Below are positions 1-8,384 of a stretch of DNA of 64,000 bases, piece by piece. Source of the stretch: Candidatus Poribacteria bacterium (GTDB lineage Bacteria; Poribacteria; WGA-4E; WGA-3G). Location: assembly GCA_965246985.1 (NCBI GenBank), contig OZ251998.1, positions 6,505,657 through 6,569,656 on the forward strand, written 5' to 3'. The notes beneath the pieces were generated by a model. The model worked only from the letters and a program-made list of their open reading frames with translations, did not search any database and was not told the DNA's origin. A program made the position numbers and the translations under genes. Numbering within the stretch: position 1 is the stretch's first letter; the number at the start of each line of letters is the position of its first letter.

Positions 1-711
1 TTGTGGATTCTGTCTATGAAGTTCTCGTCTGCGTATAGGGATAGGCGATATACAGAATATATCCGTGTTATCTACAATAGGATTACCCCCGATAGTGTGA
101 TATGCCAAACACCAAGAATCTACACAATGTGCCTCAAAGGTTTCTGATAACTTGTTAGACGATTTCTTGAGACCGAGCCTATCACGTATCTCTTTGGTTT
201 CCCAACCTTGAAGGGTTAGCAACTTCCACCGCTTTTCTATTTCTGTGTAGAACCACTGCTTACCGACTTCCAATGGACTAAAGGATTTATTCCACTTCTT
301 AGCATGCTGTAGCGTCCGTGCCTTCATGTCTTCTACACAAACGTATGTGATTGGGTAAAGTTTGGACAACCAATCAAGCACCCGTAGTTTCCAATCCCAT
401 CTTGCACGTGTGCCTGCGGGTATCCGCTCTCTGTTGGCAAGGCGATTAGTGCGGTTCTTGCGATTTGGACACTTCCGTGAACGCCTACCTCTACGCAACT
501 CACGACGCTTTTGAACTTTTTTGCCCACATTGCTATGAGCATCTGCTTGAACATTGAAGTAGGTATGTGTTTCCGATTTGACGGTAAAGCCTTCTTTCTG
601 ACTACCGGGGTCAACACCTACACAAATCTCTTGTGTATCTCTATCAGACGGTTCTTTGTTGAGACGGATACAATATATGCCGTTATCCCAATAATACCCA
701 ATTAACCCCAT
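1..711 (-). CDS. IscB/IsrB-like (OMEGA-family) RuvC-fold nuclease, C-terminally truncated by the window edge; lacks an HNH insert
   Basis: Open minus-strand frame of 237 codons from ATG at 711 to the window start with no stop; it is absent from the ORF track because it has no stop in the window. My translation is MGLIGYYWDNGIYCIRLNKEPSDRDTQEICVGVDPGSQKEGFTV...KKVQKRRELRRGRRSRKCPNRKNRTNRLANRERIPAGTRARWDWKLRVLDWLSKLYPITYVCVEDMKA...ETFEAHCVDSWCLAYH.... It shows a RuvC-I-like motif (VGVDPGS), an Arg-rich bridge-helix-like segment, a RuvC-II-like motif (VCVED) and a RuvC-III-like motif (H-x2-D-S-x2-LA). About 65 aa lie between motifs II and III, with no Cys/His HNH pattern. In-frame stops lie just upstream of the ATG, so a PLMP-type N-terminal domain is either absent or lost. 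Confidence 0.4.
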   Translation of the reverse strand, partial: MGLIGYYWDNGIYCIRLNKEPSDRDTQEICVGVDPGSQKEGFTVKSETHTYFNVQADAHSNVGKKVQKRRELRRGRRSRKCPNRKNRTNRLANRERIPAGTRARWDWKLRVLDWLSKLYPITYVCVEDMKARTLQHAKKWNKSFSPLEVGKQWFYTEIEKRWKLLTLQGWETKEIRDRLGLKKSSNKLSETFEAHCVDSWCLAYHTIGGNPIVDNTDIFCISPIPIRRRELHRQNPQ

Positions 712-1098
712 TTGTAGCGCGAGGTCCCTGTGCCTCGCAATGCTGACTTGATCAAAAGACTTCTAATCACGTTAATTGGGTATAAGGTGTCGCTGCGCTA
801 CGTTGGACGAGTTTCCTCGCACGTGCAGCATGCATTGGCATAAGGTGTTGTCCATCTTTTGTCTTTACAGGTACAAACATAAGTTTGTATTCTCCTTTTC
901 AGGGTTTATGTTTCCCCATCCAGATCACAGTGTCCAAGAAGAATCAGACTTGGGGAGCATCCGAAACATTGCTCTAACTGCCACGCTAGGACACCGCGAT
1001 ATATTACTGTAGAAAACTGTTTAACTTGTGGAGTGGACGCTGGCTACGCTTCGCACAAGCCTCGCCTTTTAAGGCGAGGTAGTTGACTTTTAGTACAT

Positions 1099-1548
1099 TC
1101 ATTTCTGGTTATCTCCTGTCTGTAGCCAATTATAGGGGTTTTCGACTCGGACGTGCAATTTGGAACTGAGCCTTTTTGCCCTTCTGAGGAGCCGGTCATC
1201 TGTTGTGAGAAAGACATCCGCATTGCCTCTTTCTGCACACGCAAGGTGCAAAGCATCTAATCGCTTGAACCCTAACTTTTCAAGATCTCTACCCCTTGCT
1301 CTTTCTATCTCACGAATCGAAACGTTTATGTATGCATCGGCCATCTGAGATTTTATTTGGATGCGTTGACTCACATCTCGGTTATTGTCAACTTCAAGCG
1401 TTAGAACTCCGCTAACAATCCAGTGCCAATCGCCTGTACTGAAATTTTTGAGGATTATTTCAATAGCTTCCGTTTCTCGACGAATCCTTGCTGGTGTCTG
1501 ATCATTAAATGGTCGACTCAAACAACACGTATCAAGATAAATTTTCAA
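1099..1548 (-). CDS. PIN-domain protein (VapC-like ribonuclease); no antitoxin partner detected
   Basis: 149 aa with the N-terminal MKIYLDTCCL motif and conserved acidic residues typical of the PIN fold. It lies directly downstream of thiG on the same strand. The 60-nt gap before it holds no recognisable antitoxin ORF. Confidence 0.55.
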   Translation of the reverse strand: MKIYLDTCCLSRPFNDQTPARIRRETEAIEIILKNFSTGDWHWIVSGVLTLEVDNNRDVSQRIQIKSQMADAYINVSIREIERARGRDLEKLGFKRLDALHLACAERGNADVFLTTDDRLLRRAKRLSSKLHVRVENPYNWLQTGDNQK

Positions 1549-1608
1549 GTTGTAAGTGTGTCTTCACTCAGTTACGCGTATCTTTTGTTGACAAAAGCGG
1601 CTTTGTTT

Positions 1609-2379
1609 TTATTCAATCATTCCCGTTTGTGGGCTTGAGGCAGTCGCGTAGAGTTTCCGAGGGATACGTCCTGCTAAAAATGCTGCTCTACCTGCTTCAA
1701 CCGCTTTCTTCATCGCCTCCGCCATCAGTACGGGACGATGTGCTTTCGCGACTGCTGTGTTGAGCAGTACACCGTCACACCCTAACTCCATCGCTATCGC
1801 TGCATCCGATGCTGTCCCGACACCGGCATCCACAATGAGCGGCACTTGTACGAGATCTCGGATAATCTGGATGTTATACGGATTACGGATCCCCATCCCT
1901 GAGCCAATCGGCGCACCCAGTGGCATCACCGCTGCACAACCGATGTTTTCCAATTTCTTACAAGTAATCGGATCATCATTACAATATGGAAGCACAGTGA
2001 AACCGTCTTTGACCAATGTTTCCGCTGCACTGAGCAGCTGCTCCACATCCGGGAATAGCGTCTGTTCATCCCCAATAACTTCGAGTTTGATAAGCGATGT
2101 CTCAAGTGCTTCGCGCGCAAGGTTCGCAGTTAGGATCGCGTCCTTCGCTGTGAAACAGCCAGCGGTATTCGGGAGGATCGTCATACCACGTTCACGTAGG
2201 AGCGCGAACAGGTTTTCACCGGAGGTGTCCGTAAATTTCACACGGCGCATCGACACCGTCGCGATTTCGGCACCACTCGCGGCGATAGCCTCCGTCATTA
2301 TATGGAAACTCGGGTAACCTGCTGTTCCAATAAGTAGCCTTGATGTATAAGTTTGGTCTGCGATTTTGAATTCTTGCAT
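1609..2379 (-). CDS. thiG: thiazole synthase ThiG
   Basis: 256 aa, the ThiG length. Shows the characteristic LIGTAGY..., KLEVIGD and [11 protein letters not shown]...[10 protein letters not shown] motifs. Confidence 0.9.
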   Translation of the reverse strand: MQEFKIADQTYTSRLLIGTAGYPSFHIMTEAIAASGAEIATVSMRRVKFTDTSGENLFALLRERGMTILPNTAGCFTAKDAILTANLAREALETSLIKLEVIGDEQTLFPDVEQLLSAAETLVKDGFTVLPYCNDDPITCKKLENIGCAAVMPLGAPIGSGMGIRNPYNIQIIRDLVQVPLIVDAGVGTASDAAIAMELGCDGVLLNTAVAKAHRPVLMAEAMKKAVEAGRAAFLAGRIPRKLYATASSPQTGMIE

Positions 2380-2432
2380 ATTTTTAATGATTGGGTTTGC
2401 TCAGTTATTTCCGAGACCTACTGGCTAAAACC

Positions 2433-2738
2433 CTATTTTTTGTAGAGTGGTACGCCGATACGTTCAATCTGTTCAACCATTTCAGGGTTACGGATGTTCT
2501 CGAAGATAGACAAATCGATGGTATAAGGTAGCAGCTGATCATCCAGATCATTCGCGATTCGGGAGAGGATTGTGTGTGTCAGCGCATCCCCACCGCGAAG
2601 CGTTAGGTCAATATCAGATCCGTTTTTATAGTCACCTCTGGCGCGCGAACCGTACAACACCACCTCTTCTACCTGCGGATATTGAACGAAAACATCGCGG
2701 ATTTTTTGGAGCGTCTGGTTAGATAAGCCGTATTTCAT
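2433..2738 (-). CDS. minimal nucleotidyltransferase (MNT/MntA-like antitoxin)
   Basis: 101 aa with the GSRARGDY...SDIDL nucleotidyltransferase motif (GS-x9-D-x-D). Its start lies 2 nt after the stop of the upstream HEPN-family gene. Confidence 0.75.
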   Translation of the reverse strand: MKYGLSNQTLQKIRDVFVQYPQVEEVVLYGSRARGDYKNGSDIDLTLRGGDALTHTILSRIANDLDDQLLPYTIDLSIFENIRNPEMVEQIERIGVPLYKK

Positions 2739-2740
2739 TT

Positions 2741-3190
2741 TTAAAGGTTTCCTGCCTCTTTCAACTGTTCCAAGTGAACGAGGAACCTTTCAAATTCAGG
2801 AAAATAAGTAGTGCAGATAGCAGTGACAACTTGGGCTGCGGTTTCCTCATCGTAAGTATGAGAGGTTAAGTTGCGTTTGTCAACCATGTCCATCCAAGCT
2901 TCGCCGTTTTCAATCAGACCGTTCCTAAAAGCCTCTCGGGTTGTGTCGCGCGAACCGTACAGATTCACTGTACCTTGCGCTTCAAGGAAGTTCTTCAGCG
3001 TCTTCCAAGCAAGTTCATGCGTGTATTCAAAGCCTTGTATCAATCCTTGTGCTTCTAAGTCTGAGAGTTCCCGTTGTTCCGCAAGCTTGACTGCTGCCTT
3101 TAATCGAGCGAAAGCCCTCTCAAAACTATTCGCGCGTTGAATCCAACGAATCTCTTGGCTTTTCATGGTGTTCTGCCTACAGTTATCCAC
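2741..3190 (-). CDS. HEPN-superfamily 'nucleotidyltransferase substrate-binding' protein (HI0074/HepT-like toxin partner of MNT)
   Basis: 149 aa. Contains an R-x4-H motif (RNLTSH), the HEPN Rx4-6H signature. Forms a two-gene module with the MNT gene. A likely true start is the internal ATG at 3166 (MKSQEIRW...). Confidence 0.7.
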   Translation of the reverse strand: MDNCRQNTMKSQEIRWIQRANSFERAFARLKAAVKLAEQRELSDLEAQGLIQGFEYTHELAWKTLKNFLEAQGTVNLYGSRDTTREAFRNGLIENGEAWMDMVDKRNLTSHTYDEETAAQVVTAICTTYFPEFERFLVHLEQLKEAGNL

Positions 3191-3200
3191 GAGAAATTTT

Positions 3201-3300
3201 TAAATTAGTCAGGACTTACGCAATTTTTCCATGAAACGCTACATATTGCGCCATTGACGAGGTTAGGAAACCTCGCCAGCAAGGGGGACTGCGTAAGTCC
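3201..3300. repeat. palindromic extragenic element at the toxin-antitoxin/thiS boundary
   Basis: An inverted repeat, ggacttacgcaa ... ttgcgtaagtcc, encloses an inner hairpin cgaggttaggaaacctcg followed by ccagcaaggggg. Related cgaggtt...aacctcg + ccagcRaggg units occur at 56893-56967, and ccccgccagcgaagg occurs at 46139-46153. Confidence 0.4.
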
Positions 3301-3383
3301 TATTAGTATAACACCTGCAAGACCGCTATATCAAGCGATAAAATTATGTCTGTCCGTCTTTGTTGGTTGGCTTTGTAGACGCA

Positions 3384-3590
3384 CTAACCCCCTTGGACGG
3401 GACGGATAATCTCTACATCACTGTTTTCGCGAAGGGGCGTTCCGCGCCACTCCGTTTTCGGGATAACCTCCCGGTCCACAGCCACAGCGATGCCTGCCTG
3501 CATCGGATTCAGTTCTAAAGCGATGAGCAGTTCGTAAATGTTTAAATTCGGATGAACTGTTTTTTCTTCGCCATTCACGCGTATTTTCAT
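3384..3590 (-). CDS. thiS: sulfur-carrier protein ThiS
   Basis: Internal ATG at 3590 gives MKIRVNGEEK...IIRPVQGG, a 68-aa ubiquitin-like protein with a C-terminal GG. The ORF-track ORF is over-extended at its N-terminus. Confidence 0.8.
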   Translation of the reverse strand: MKIRVNGEEKTVHPNLNIYELLIALELNPMQAGIAVAVDREVIPKTEWRGTPLRENSDVEIIRPVQGG

Positions 3591-3629
3591 TGTTTTCCAA
3601 GAGTGGTTACGGCACACGGCGTGTGCCTA

Positions 3630-4769
3630 CTACCTTAAAAACCTGTCTAACTGGAAGGGAGCGATTGTCTCTGAAGTTTCACCTGTCAAAATTAGTTTGG
3701 CTATCTCGTAAGCCGTAACAGGCGTAAGTAGAATACCGTTGCGATAATGCCCCGTTGCATATATCAGATTTTCAACAGGTGTTTTGCCGAGTATAGGTGC
3801 GTTGTCTCTGCTACCGGGACGTAAACCCGTCCATGTCTCCAGAATCGGCAGTTCGTAAACACCCGGCACCGCTTCCCACGCCCCACGAAGGAGTTCAAAC
3901 ATACCGCCAGCGGTTAGACGCATGTCAAATCCCATCTCCTCGCTCGTGGCACCAACGATAAGTCTGCCATCCGCTCTCGGCACCAGATATACCGATGTCG
4001 GATACCTTGCTCTGACGGTGCGGATGACGTTTTTGACCGTAATCCCGGCTTCCATCTGCAATGCCAACATTTGCCCTTTCACGGGACGCACTGGCGGACG
4101 GATGGCAGCTGGAAGTCCGTCAATCTGTGCCGATTCGCATCCGGCTGACAGCACAATAACATCAGCGTTTTGTGTTCCGCTGTCTTGTGTCTGGACACCG
4201 GTCGCAACACCGTTTTCAATATGGATATTTTCGGCCGCGTTGTTTTCATGCAACACACCGCCGCATCTCTGGTAAGCACGTTGCAATGCTGTTACCATCA
4301 GCCGATTGTCAACCTGATGGTCGGTCGCACAGCGGATGGCTGCAGTTATGCGAGGCGAAAGGACCGGTTCAATTTCACGCGCTTCTCGTCCGGTCAACCA
4401 CTGGACATCTAATCCTAAATCTTGTTGTGCAGTGTAGAGGTGCCGAAGTTGATGTGTATCATCAGTCTCTAATCCAACGATGAGCGTGCCTTCCACCCGA
4501 TAGCCGACAGACATCTGCGCGTCTGCCTCTAATTCGACGACCCATTGCGAATAACGTTCTAAGCTTTGGCAGCCGAGTTTAAGGAGTTCTGGTTCTTCGC
4601 TATGTGCTTCAGCGAGTGGCGCGAGCATACCAGCGGCTGCCCAAGAAGCAGCACGCCCGGCTTCAGCGCGATCATAAATGGTGACGGCAGCACCCGCTTT
4701 CGCAAGCTGCCACCCGACACCGAGTCCAATCACACCACCCCCGATGATAAGAATCTTTTTATTTGCCAT
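3630..4769 (-). CDS. thiO: glycine oxidase ThiO (FAD-dependent)
   Basis: Start chosen at MANKKILIIGGGVIGLGVGWQLA (ATG at 4769), a GxGxxG FAD-binding motif. Adjacent to thiS. The ORF-track ORF is extended to 4841. Confidence 0.85.
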   Translation of the reverse strand: MANKKILIIGGGVIGLGVGWQLAKAGAAVTIYDRAEAGRAASWAAAGMLAPLAEAHSEEPELLKLGCQSLERYSQWVVELEADAQMSVGYRVEGTLIVGLETDDTHQLRHLYTAQQDLGLDVQWLTGREAREIEPVLSPRITAAIRCATDHQVDNRLMVTALQRAYQRCGGVLHENNAAENIHIENGVATGVQTQDSGTQNADVIVLSAGCESAQIDGLPAAIRPPVRPVKGQMLALQMEAGITVKNVIRTVRARYPTSVYLVPRADGRLIVGATSEEMGFDMRLTAGGMFELLRGAWEAVPGVYELPILETWTGLRPGSRDNAPILGKTPVENLIYATGHYRNGILLTPVTAYEIAKLILTGETSETIAPFQLDRFLR

Positions 4770-4813
4770 TTTTTTATTATGGCGTTTTCGCTCCCGATCA
4801 ATGTAAGCTAAAA

Positions 4814-5800
4814 CTATTCTCCTAAAACATTCACGAAACAATCTTTTGCTTCAACTGCTTTAGAGATCAACCCTTTTTGATATGCGAATTTTGCGAACGC
4901 AGCCCACTTTTCTTCAGATTGCACCTGCGTTGTTGCGAATAGATCCAACGTATCCCGAAAAGCGAGTTTTTCTAATTCTTTGCTGGCATCCGGATTTGCC
5001 TTAAAAAAGAGTTGTAGCGCATCATCTGGTTTTTCTTTCGTGAACTGAATTGCTTCCTGAATCGCCATCATCAGTTTTTTAGCAGTTTCTGGATGTTCTT
5101 CCAAATAAGCGTCATTAGTGATGATGACTAATTCATAATAGTCCGGAATACCGTGCTTTTCAAGTGCCAAATAATCGGCTTCTGCTCCTTCAAGCTTCAA
5201 CAAGTTAATCTCATAATTCCGAAAGGGCCCGATAACTGCGTCAATTTGACCGCTTAGGAGAGGTGCCAAAATATTCGTGCCTACGTTTATCAATTCATAG
5301 TCATCTTCCGTTAATCCGGCGTTCGCAGCGATTGCATTAAATAGAAGCACATCCAAAGGTGCAACTGTATATCCGATTTTCTTCCCTTTGAAATCTGCTG
5401 GTGTTTTAATGCCTGTTTTCTTCAAGAAGCTAATCGTGTTGAGCGGATGTTCCACGAGTAAACCGATGGATTTGACCGGCAAAGTTTCTTCACTTGCCCG
5501 CGCAATTGTCACACTCTGTTGATAACTAACAGCAAACGGGTATTTCCCTGCCGCTATCAGTTTGAGCGGGGCATCCGGGTCGCCACCCCAACGTAATTCG
5601 ACTTCTAATCCGTGTTTGGCAAAAATCTTGTGCTCCTGTGCAACATAAAGTGGTGCATGATCTATGTTGGGAAACCAATCGAGAAGCAACGTGACCTTCT
5701 CCATTTCAGATTTTTCATGGCTGTCCGCGTTGCTGTTAATGTGTCCTGTTAAGAGTATACCACAACCGATAAGAAACATTAAGCAAATTGCTGTCTTCAT
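4814..5800 (-). CDS. NMT1/THI5-like (ThiY-type) substrate-binding protein of an ABC transporter for a thiamine pyrimidine precursor
   Basis: 328 aa with an N-terminal signal/lipoprotein-like region (LIGCGILL). The family assignment (NMT1/THI5-like, ThiY-type) rests on the signal-peptide/size profile and its place in a riboswitch-controlled operon with a permease and thiO. Confidence 0.7.
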   Translation of the reverse strand: MKTAICLMFLIGCGILLTGHINSNADSHEKSEMEKVTLLLDWFPNIDHAPLYVAQEHKIFAKHGLEVELRWGGDPDAPLKLIAAGKYPFAVSYQQSVTIARASEETLPVKSIGLLVEHPLNTISFLKKTGIKTPADFKGKKIGYTVAPLDVLLFNAIAANAGLTEDDYELINVGTNILAPLLSGQIDAVIGPFRNYEINLLKLEGAEADYLALEKHGIPDYYELVIITNDAYLEEHPETAKKLMMAIQEAIQFTKEKPDDALQLFFKANPDASKELEKLAFRDTLDLFATTQVQSEEKWAAFAKFAYQKGLISKAVEAKDCFVNVLGE

Positions 5801-5842
5801 GAGAATTTTCCTTCCTTATGCTCCGATATGCGTGAGGCACGC

Positions 5843-6685
5843 CTACCGAATATCTAATGTGTTGTGCTGATGTCGCCACGGCATTGCGTAACGCTCCAAC
5901 AGCGTCATCAATCCAAAGAGACTTAAACCTAAAAGTGTTAAACAGAAAATGGCGGCAAATACGAGTGAAATCTGCATCCGTCCATTCGCATACAACATCA
6001 GGAAGCCGAGTCCTGCCTCTGCTCCCACCCATTCACCGATGACCGCGCCAATCGTAGAAATTGATATACCGATCTTCGCGCCGGAAAAAATAAACGGCAA
6101 TGCCGACGGGATACGCACTTTCCAAAGTATCTGCCACCGAGTCGCCCGCAAAATCCGAAACAGGTTTACCGTGTCCGGATCGGTGGACTTCAAACCGTCT
6201 AATGTGTTCAGCACGATCGCAAAAAACACAATCAGTGCCGCCATGACTACTTTTGAGGCAATCCCGAATCCGAACCACAGTACTAACAATGGCGCGATAG
6301 CAAACACCGGCACCGTTTGTGAACCGATAACATACGGATAGAAGGCTTTCTCCAGCATCGGAAACTCAAACATCAGCACGGCTAACGGAATGCCGATGCT
6401 AATCGCGAGGACAAACCCAAGGAGCATCTCTTCCAAGGTTACAAGCGTATGTCTCAGTAATTGCGAATGTTCCACAAATAGCGTCACCACAATTTTCGAG
6501 GGTGCTGGCAAAATGTAGCGCGGTATCTCGAAAAAATGCACGGCTCCTTCCCATACCCCTAATACTGCGAATAGGATAGCCACAGGGACCGCGAATTTGC
6601 TGAACATTATGTATCCACTCCTTAACGCAAAAAAGCCGTCTTCCGTTTTGGGTATATGCCAAAAGGAAGCGGCTCCGCGTCTCAT
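5843..6685 (-). CDS. ABC transporter permease (NitT/TauT family, ThiX-like)
   Basis: Polytopic membrane protein with a binding-protein-dependent transport signature region. Probable true start is the internal Met at about 6607 (MFSKFAVPVAILF...). The ATPase gene is not in the operon. Confidence 0.7.
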   Translation of the reverse strand: MRRGAASFWHIPKTEDGFFALRSGYIMFSKFAVPVAILFAVLGVWEGAVHFFEIPRYILPAPSKIVVTLFVEHSQLLRHTLVTLEEMLLGFVLAISIGIPLAVLMFEFPMLEKAFYPYVIGSQTVPVFAIAPLLVLWFGFGIASKVVMAALIVFFAIVLNTLDGLKSTDPDTVNLFRILRATRWQILWKVRIPSALPFIFSGAKIGISISTIGAVIGEWVGAEAGLGFLMLYANGRMQISLVFAAIFCLTLLGLSLFGLMTLLERYAMPWRHQHNTLDIR

Positions 6686-6739
6686 CGCAAGAGGTTAGCA
6701 ATCGAAGGTGTAACCTGTGGATACTCCAATTGCTAAAGT

Positions 6740-6860
6740 CGCTTAAGAAGGGATGAAATTTGCCCTTCTTCCTATTTCCCTACGCTGGCATGACCCAGAT
6801 CAGGTTCAATGGGTGTTTTCTCAGCTCTTAAGCAGATAAGAGCACCCCATGATGTTGTTC
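6740..6860 (-). promoter_or_regulatory. TPP (thi-box) riboswitch controlling the thiXY-thiOS-thiG operon
   Basis: The minus strand reads ...GGGGUGCU-[P3 hairpin gcucuua/uaagagc]-CUGAGA-aaACACCC-auuGAACCUGAUCUGGGUCAUGCCAGCGUAGGGAA.... This carries all the conserved thi-box blocks. It sits 60-170 nt upstream of the first transporter gene, followed by an expression-platform hairpin (gaagaaggg...cccttcttaa). Confidence 0.8.
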
Positions 6861-6984
6861 AAATATTATTATACCTTATTCTGACTTTTAATGCAAATAT
6901 TTCGGTATATTCAACACCAGGGTCATTTAGTTTTAAACAAATTCTCGGATTGTCTAAATTTTTGGATCCTCTTTTTCAAGCTCG

Positions 6985-8265
6985 GCGCGGTTCCATGAAG
7001 ATTAAATAATTAATTCGGTAATAATCCGACATAGTGTAGCAACTCCTGTGACCCGCCTTTGAACTGTTCCATGAAGTCGCTGACTTTCTCCTGAAGGGCT
7101 GTCCAGTCATTGCTGAGACGATGCAGATGTATGACAGCTTGACGCGCCCAGCGCCACAACTTCTCAATCGGATTCGTCCAACAGGCATACGTTGGGAGCT
7201 GCAATATCTCAATAGGGAGTTTCTCAAGTTTGCCTATTTTCTTTGACGGTTTCTCGCTCCAATTCGGTGGGGTCGGTCTAACAAACCTCGTCGTCTGTGG
7301 CAGAAGTGCTGCCATAAGATTCGCGTGAAAGTGGATCGCCCGATTGTCCTGGATCAAATAGATGCGTTCAGCGTTTGGGTAGCGTTGGCAAATCTGGGTG
7401 TAAAATGTATGGAGTGCGACAACCGTGCAGCTTTTGACTTGCTGATAAACAACATCTCCGGTGTGTGGGTTGAGCGCCCCGATGCCATAGCAGGTCTCCT
7501 CTGGGAGATAACTCTGGCGTGCCAAAGGACATTTCGTCCCTGTCTCCGCCCAGTCTTTTGCGACTCTCGGTTGTAGATTGAAACTAAACTCGTCTTGGTA
7601 AACGACAACGCAAGTTTCTGGGTTTTCACGGGCTTCTTCTAACGCTTGCTTGATGCGAGAAAGTTTTTCAGCATAATCGGTATCAGGACTCCGCAGATAT
7701 TCTCTGGCACGCTTATAGCTGAGACCCAAGCGTGAGAAGATCTGATGAATGCCGGGGAGCGATAGACCCTCAAGCCACGGCACGACCTGACCGAGACTGC
7801 GGAGCGTCCAGCGCGTTTGATGCTCATTGACGCTTCCCGGATCCTGACCGATTGCCACTAAGAGTTCCGACCCGGCTTCTTCGGGCGACTTAGGTGAAAA
7901 AGCAGGTTTGCGACCTCGACCAGGTTTATTAGACAACCCGCTAATACCGTGTTCGCGATACCGACGCAGCCAAGCATAAACGGTATCGGGGTCGCGTTTT
8001 TTCAACAAACCTCTGCGGGCGACTTCATGTGGAGAAAAGCCTTCATGGATTTTCAACAACGCTGTCGCACGCTCTCGAAGATAAGCCGGTTCGCCTTTAT
8101 CCCGAAGATCAACGAGGGCTTGTATTTCGCCTTCAGTTAACTCCAACTTATGGTGTTTTGCCATCAGAGAATACCTCCTTTGGCAATAGGATAACACGAA
8201 TAACAATATTACCGAATTAATATTTTAATCTTCATCAAACCGCGCCTACCGGGCCTGGGGGGTCC
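6985..8265 (-). mobile_element. IS630-family insertion sequence, intact, with about 39-bp imperfect terminal inverted repeats
   Basis: Left inverted repeat 6985-7023 is ggcgcggttccatgaagattaaataattaattcggtaat. Right inverted repeat 8227-8265 in reverse complement is ggcgcggtttgatgaagattaaaatattaattcggtaat. They enclose one DDE transposase gene. The exact ends and target-site duplication were not resolved. Confidence 0.8.
7010..8164 (-). CDS. IS630/Tc1-mariner family DDE transposase
   Basis: An N-terminal helix-turn-helix region (…LRDKGEP…WLRRYREHGISGL) is followed by a DDE_3 core (VVYQDEFSF…, IYLIQDNRAIH…, PTYACWTNPIEKLW). Start taken at MAKHHKLELTEGE (ATG at 8164). Confidence 0.85.
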   Translation of the reverse strand: MAKHHKLELTEGEIQALVDLRDKGEPAYLRERATALLKIHEGFSPHEVARRGLLKKRDPDTVYAWLRRYREHGISGLSNKPGRGRKPAFSPKSPEEAGSELLVAIGQDPGSVNEHQTRWTLRSLGQVVPWLEGLSLPGIHQIFSRLGLSYKRAREYLRSPDTDYAEKLSRIKQALEEARENPETCVVVYQDEFSFNLQPRVAKDWAETGTKCPLARQSYLPEETCYGIGALNPHTGDVVYQQVKSCTVVALHTFYTQICQRYPNAERIYLIQDNRAIHFHANLMAALLPQTTRFVRPTPPNWSEKPSKKIGKLEKLPIEILQLPTYACWTNPIEKLWRWARQAVIHLHRLSNDWTALQEKVSDFMEQFKGGSQELLHYVGLLPN

Positions 8266-8384
8266 AAAATCGGGCTAAAAACCGAAAACTAAATAGCCCT
8301 GATTCAACACTTCTTTGCATATTGGTTTCTTTTATGTTATACTATAAAAGTCCCATACAAATTACAATACATAGGAACTCAATA

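Noticed and set aside
333-705. ORF-track ORFs 333..617 (-) and 511..705 (+)
   Set aside because: Both overlap the longer minus-strand RuvC-motif frame (1-711). They have no motifs of their own and are alternative-frame or antisense artefacts.
1040-1100. Hairpin cctcgccttttaaggcgagg as a terminator of the PIN gene
   Set aside because: No U-tract follows on the transcribed strand (it is followed by cuugugcg). It is kept only as a structured element of the candidate omega-RNA region.
1549-1608. Search for a VapB-like antitoxin upstream of the PIN gene
   Set aside because: The 60-nt gap between thiG and the PIN gene is too short, and no overlapping small ORF with a ribosome-binding site could be identified by eye. 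The PIN gene is left as an orphan.
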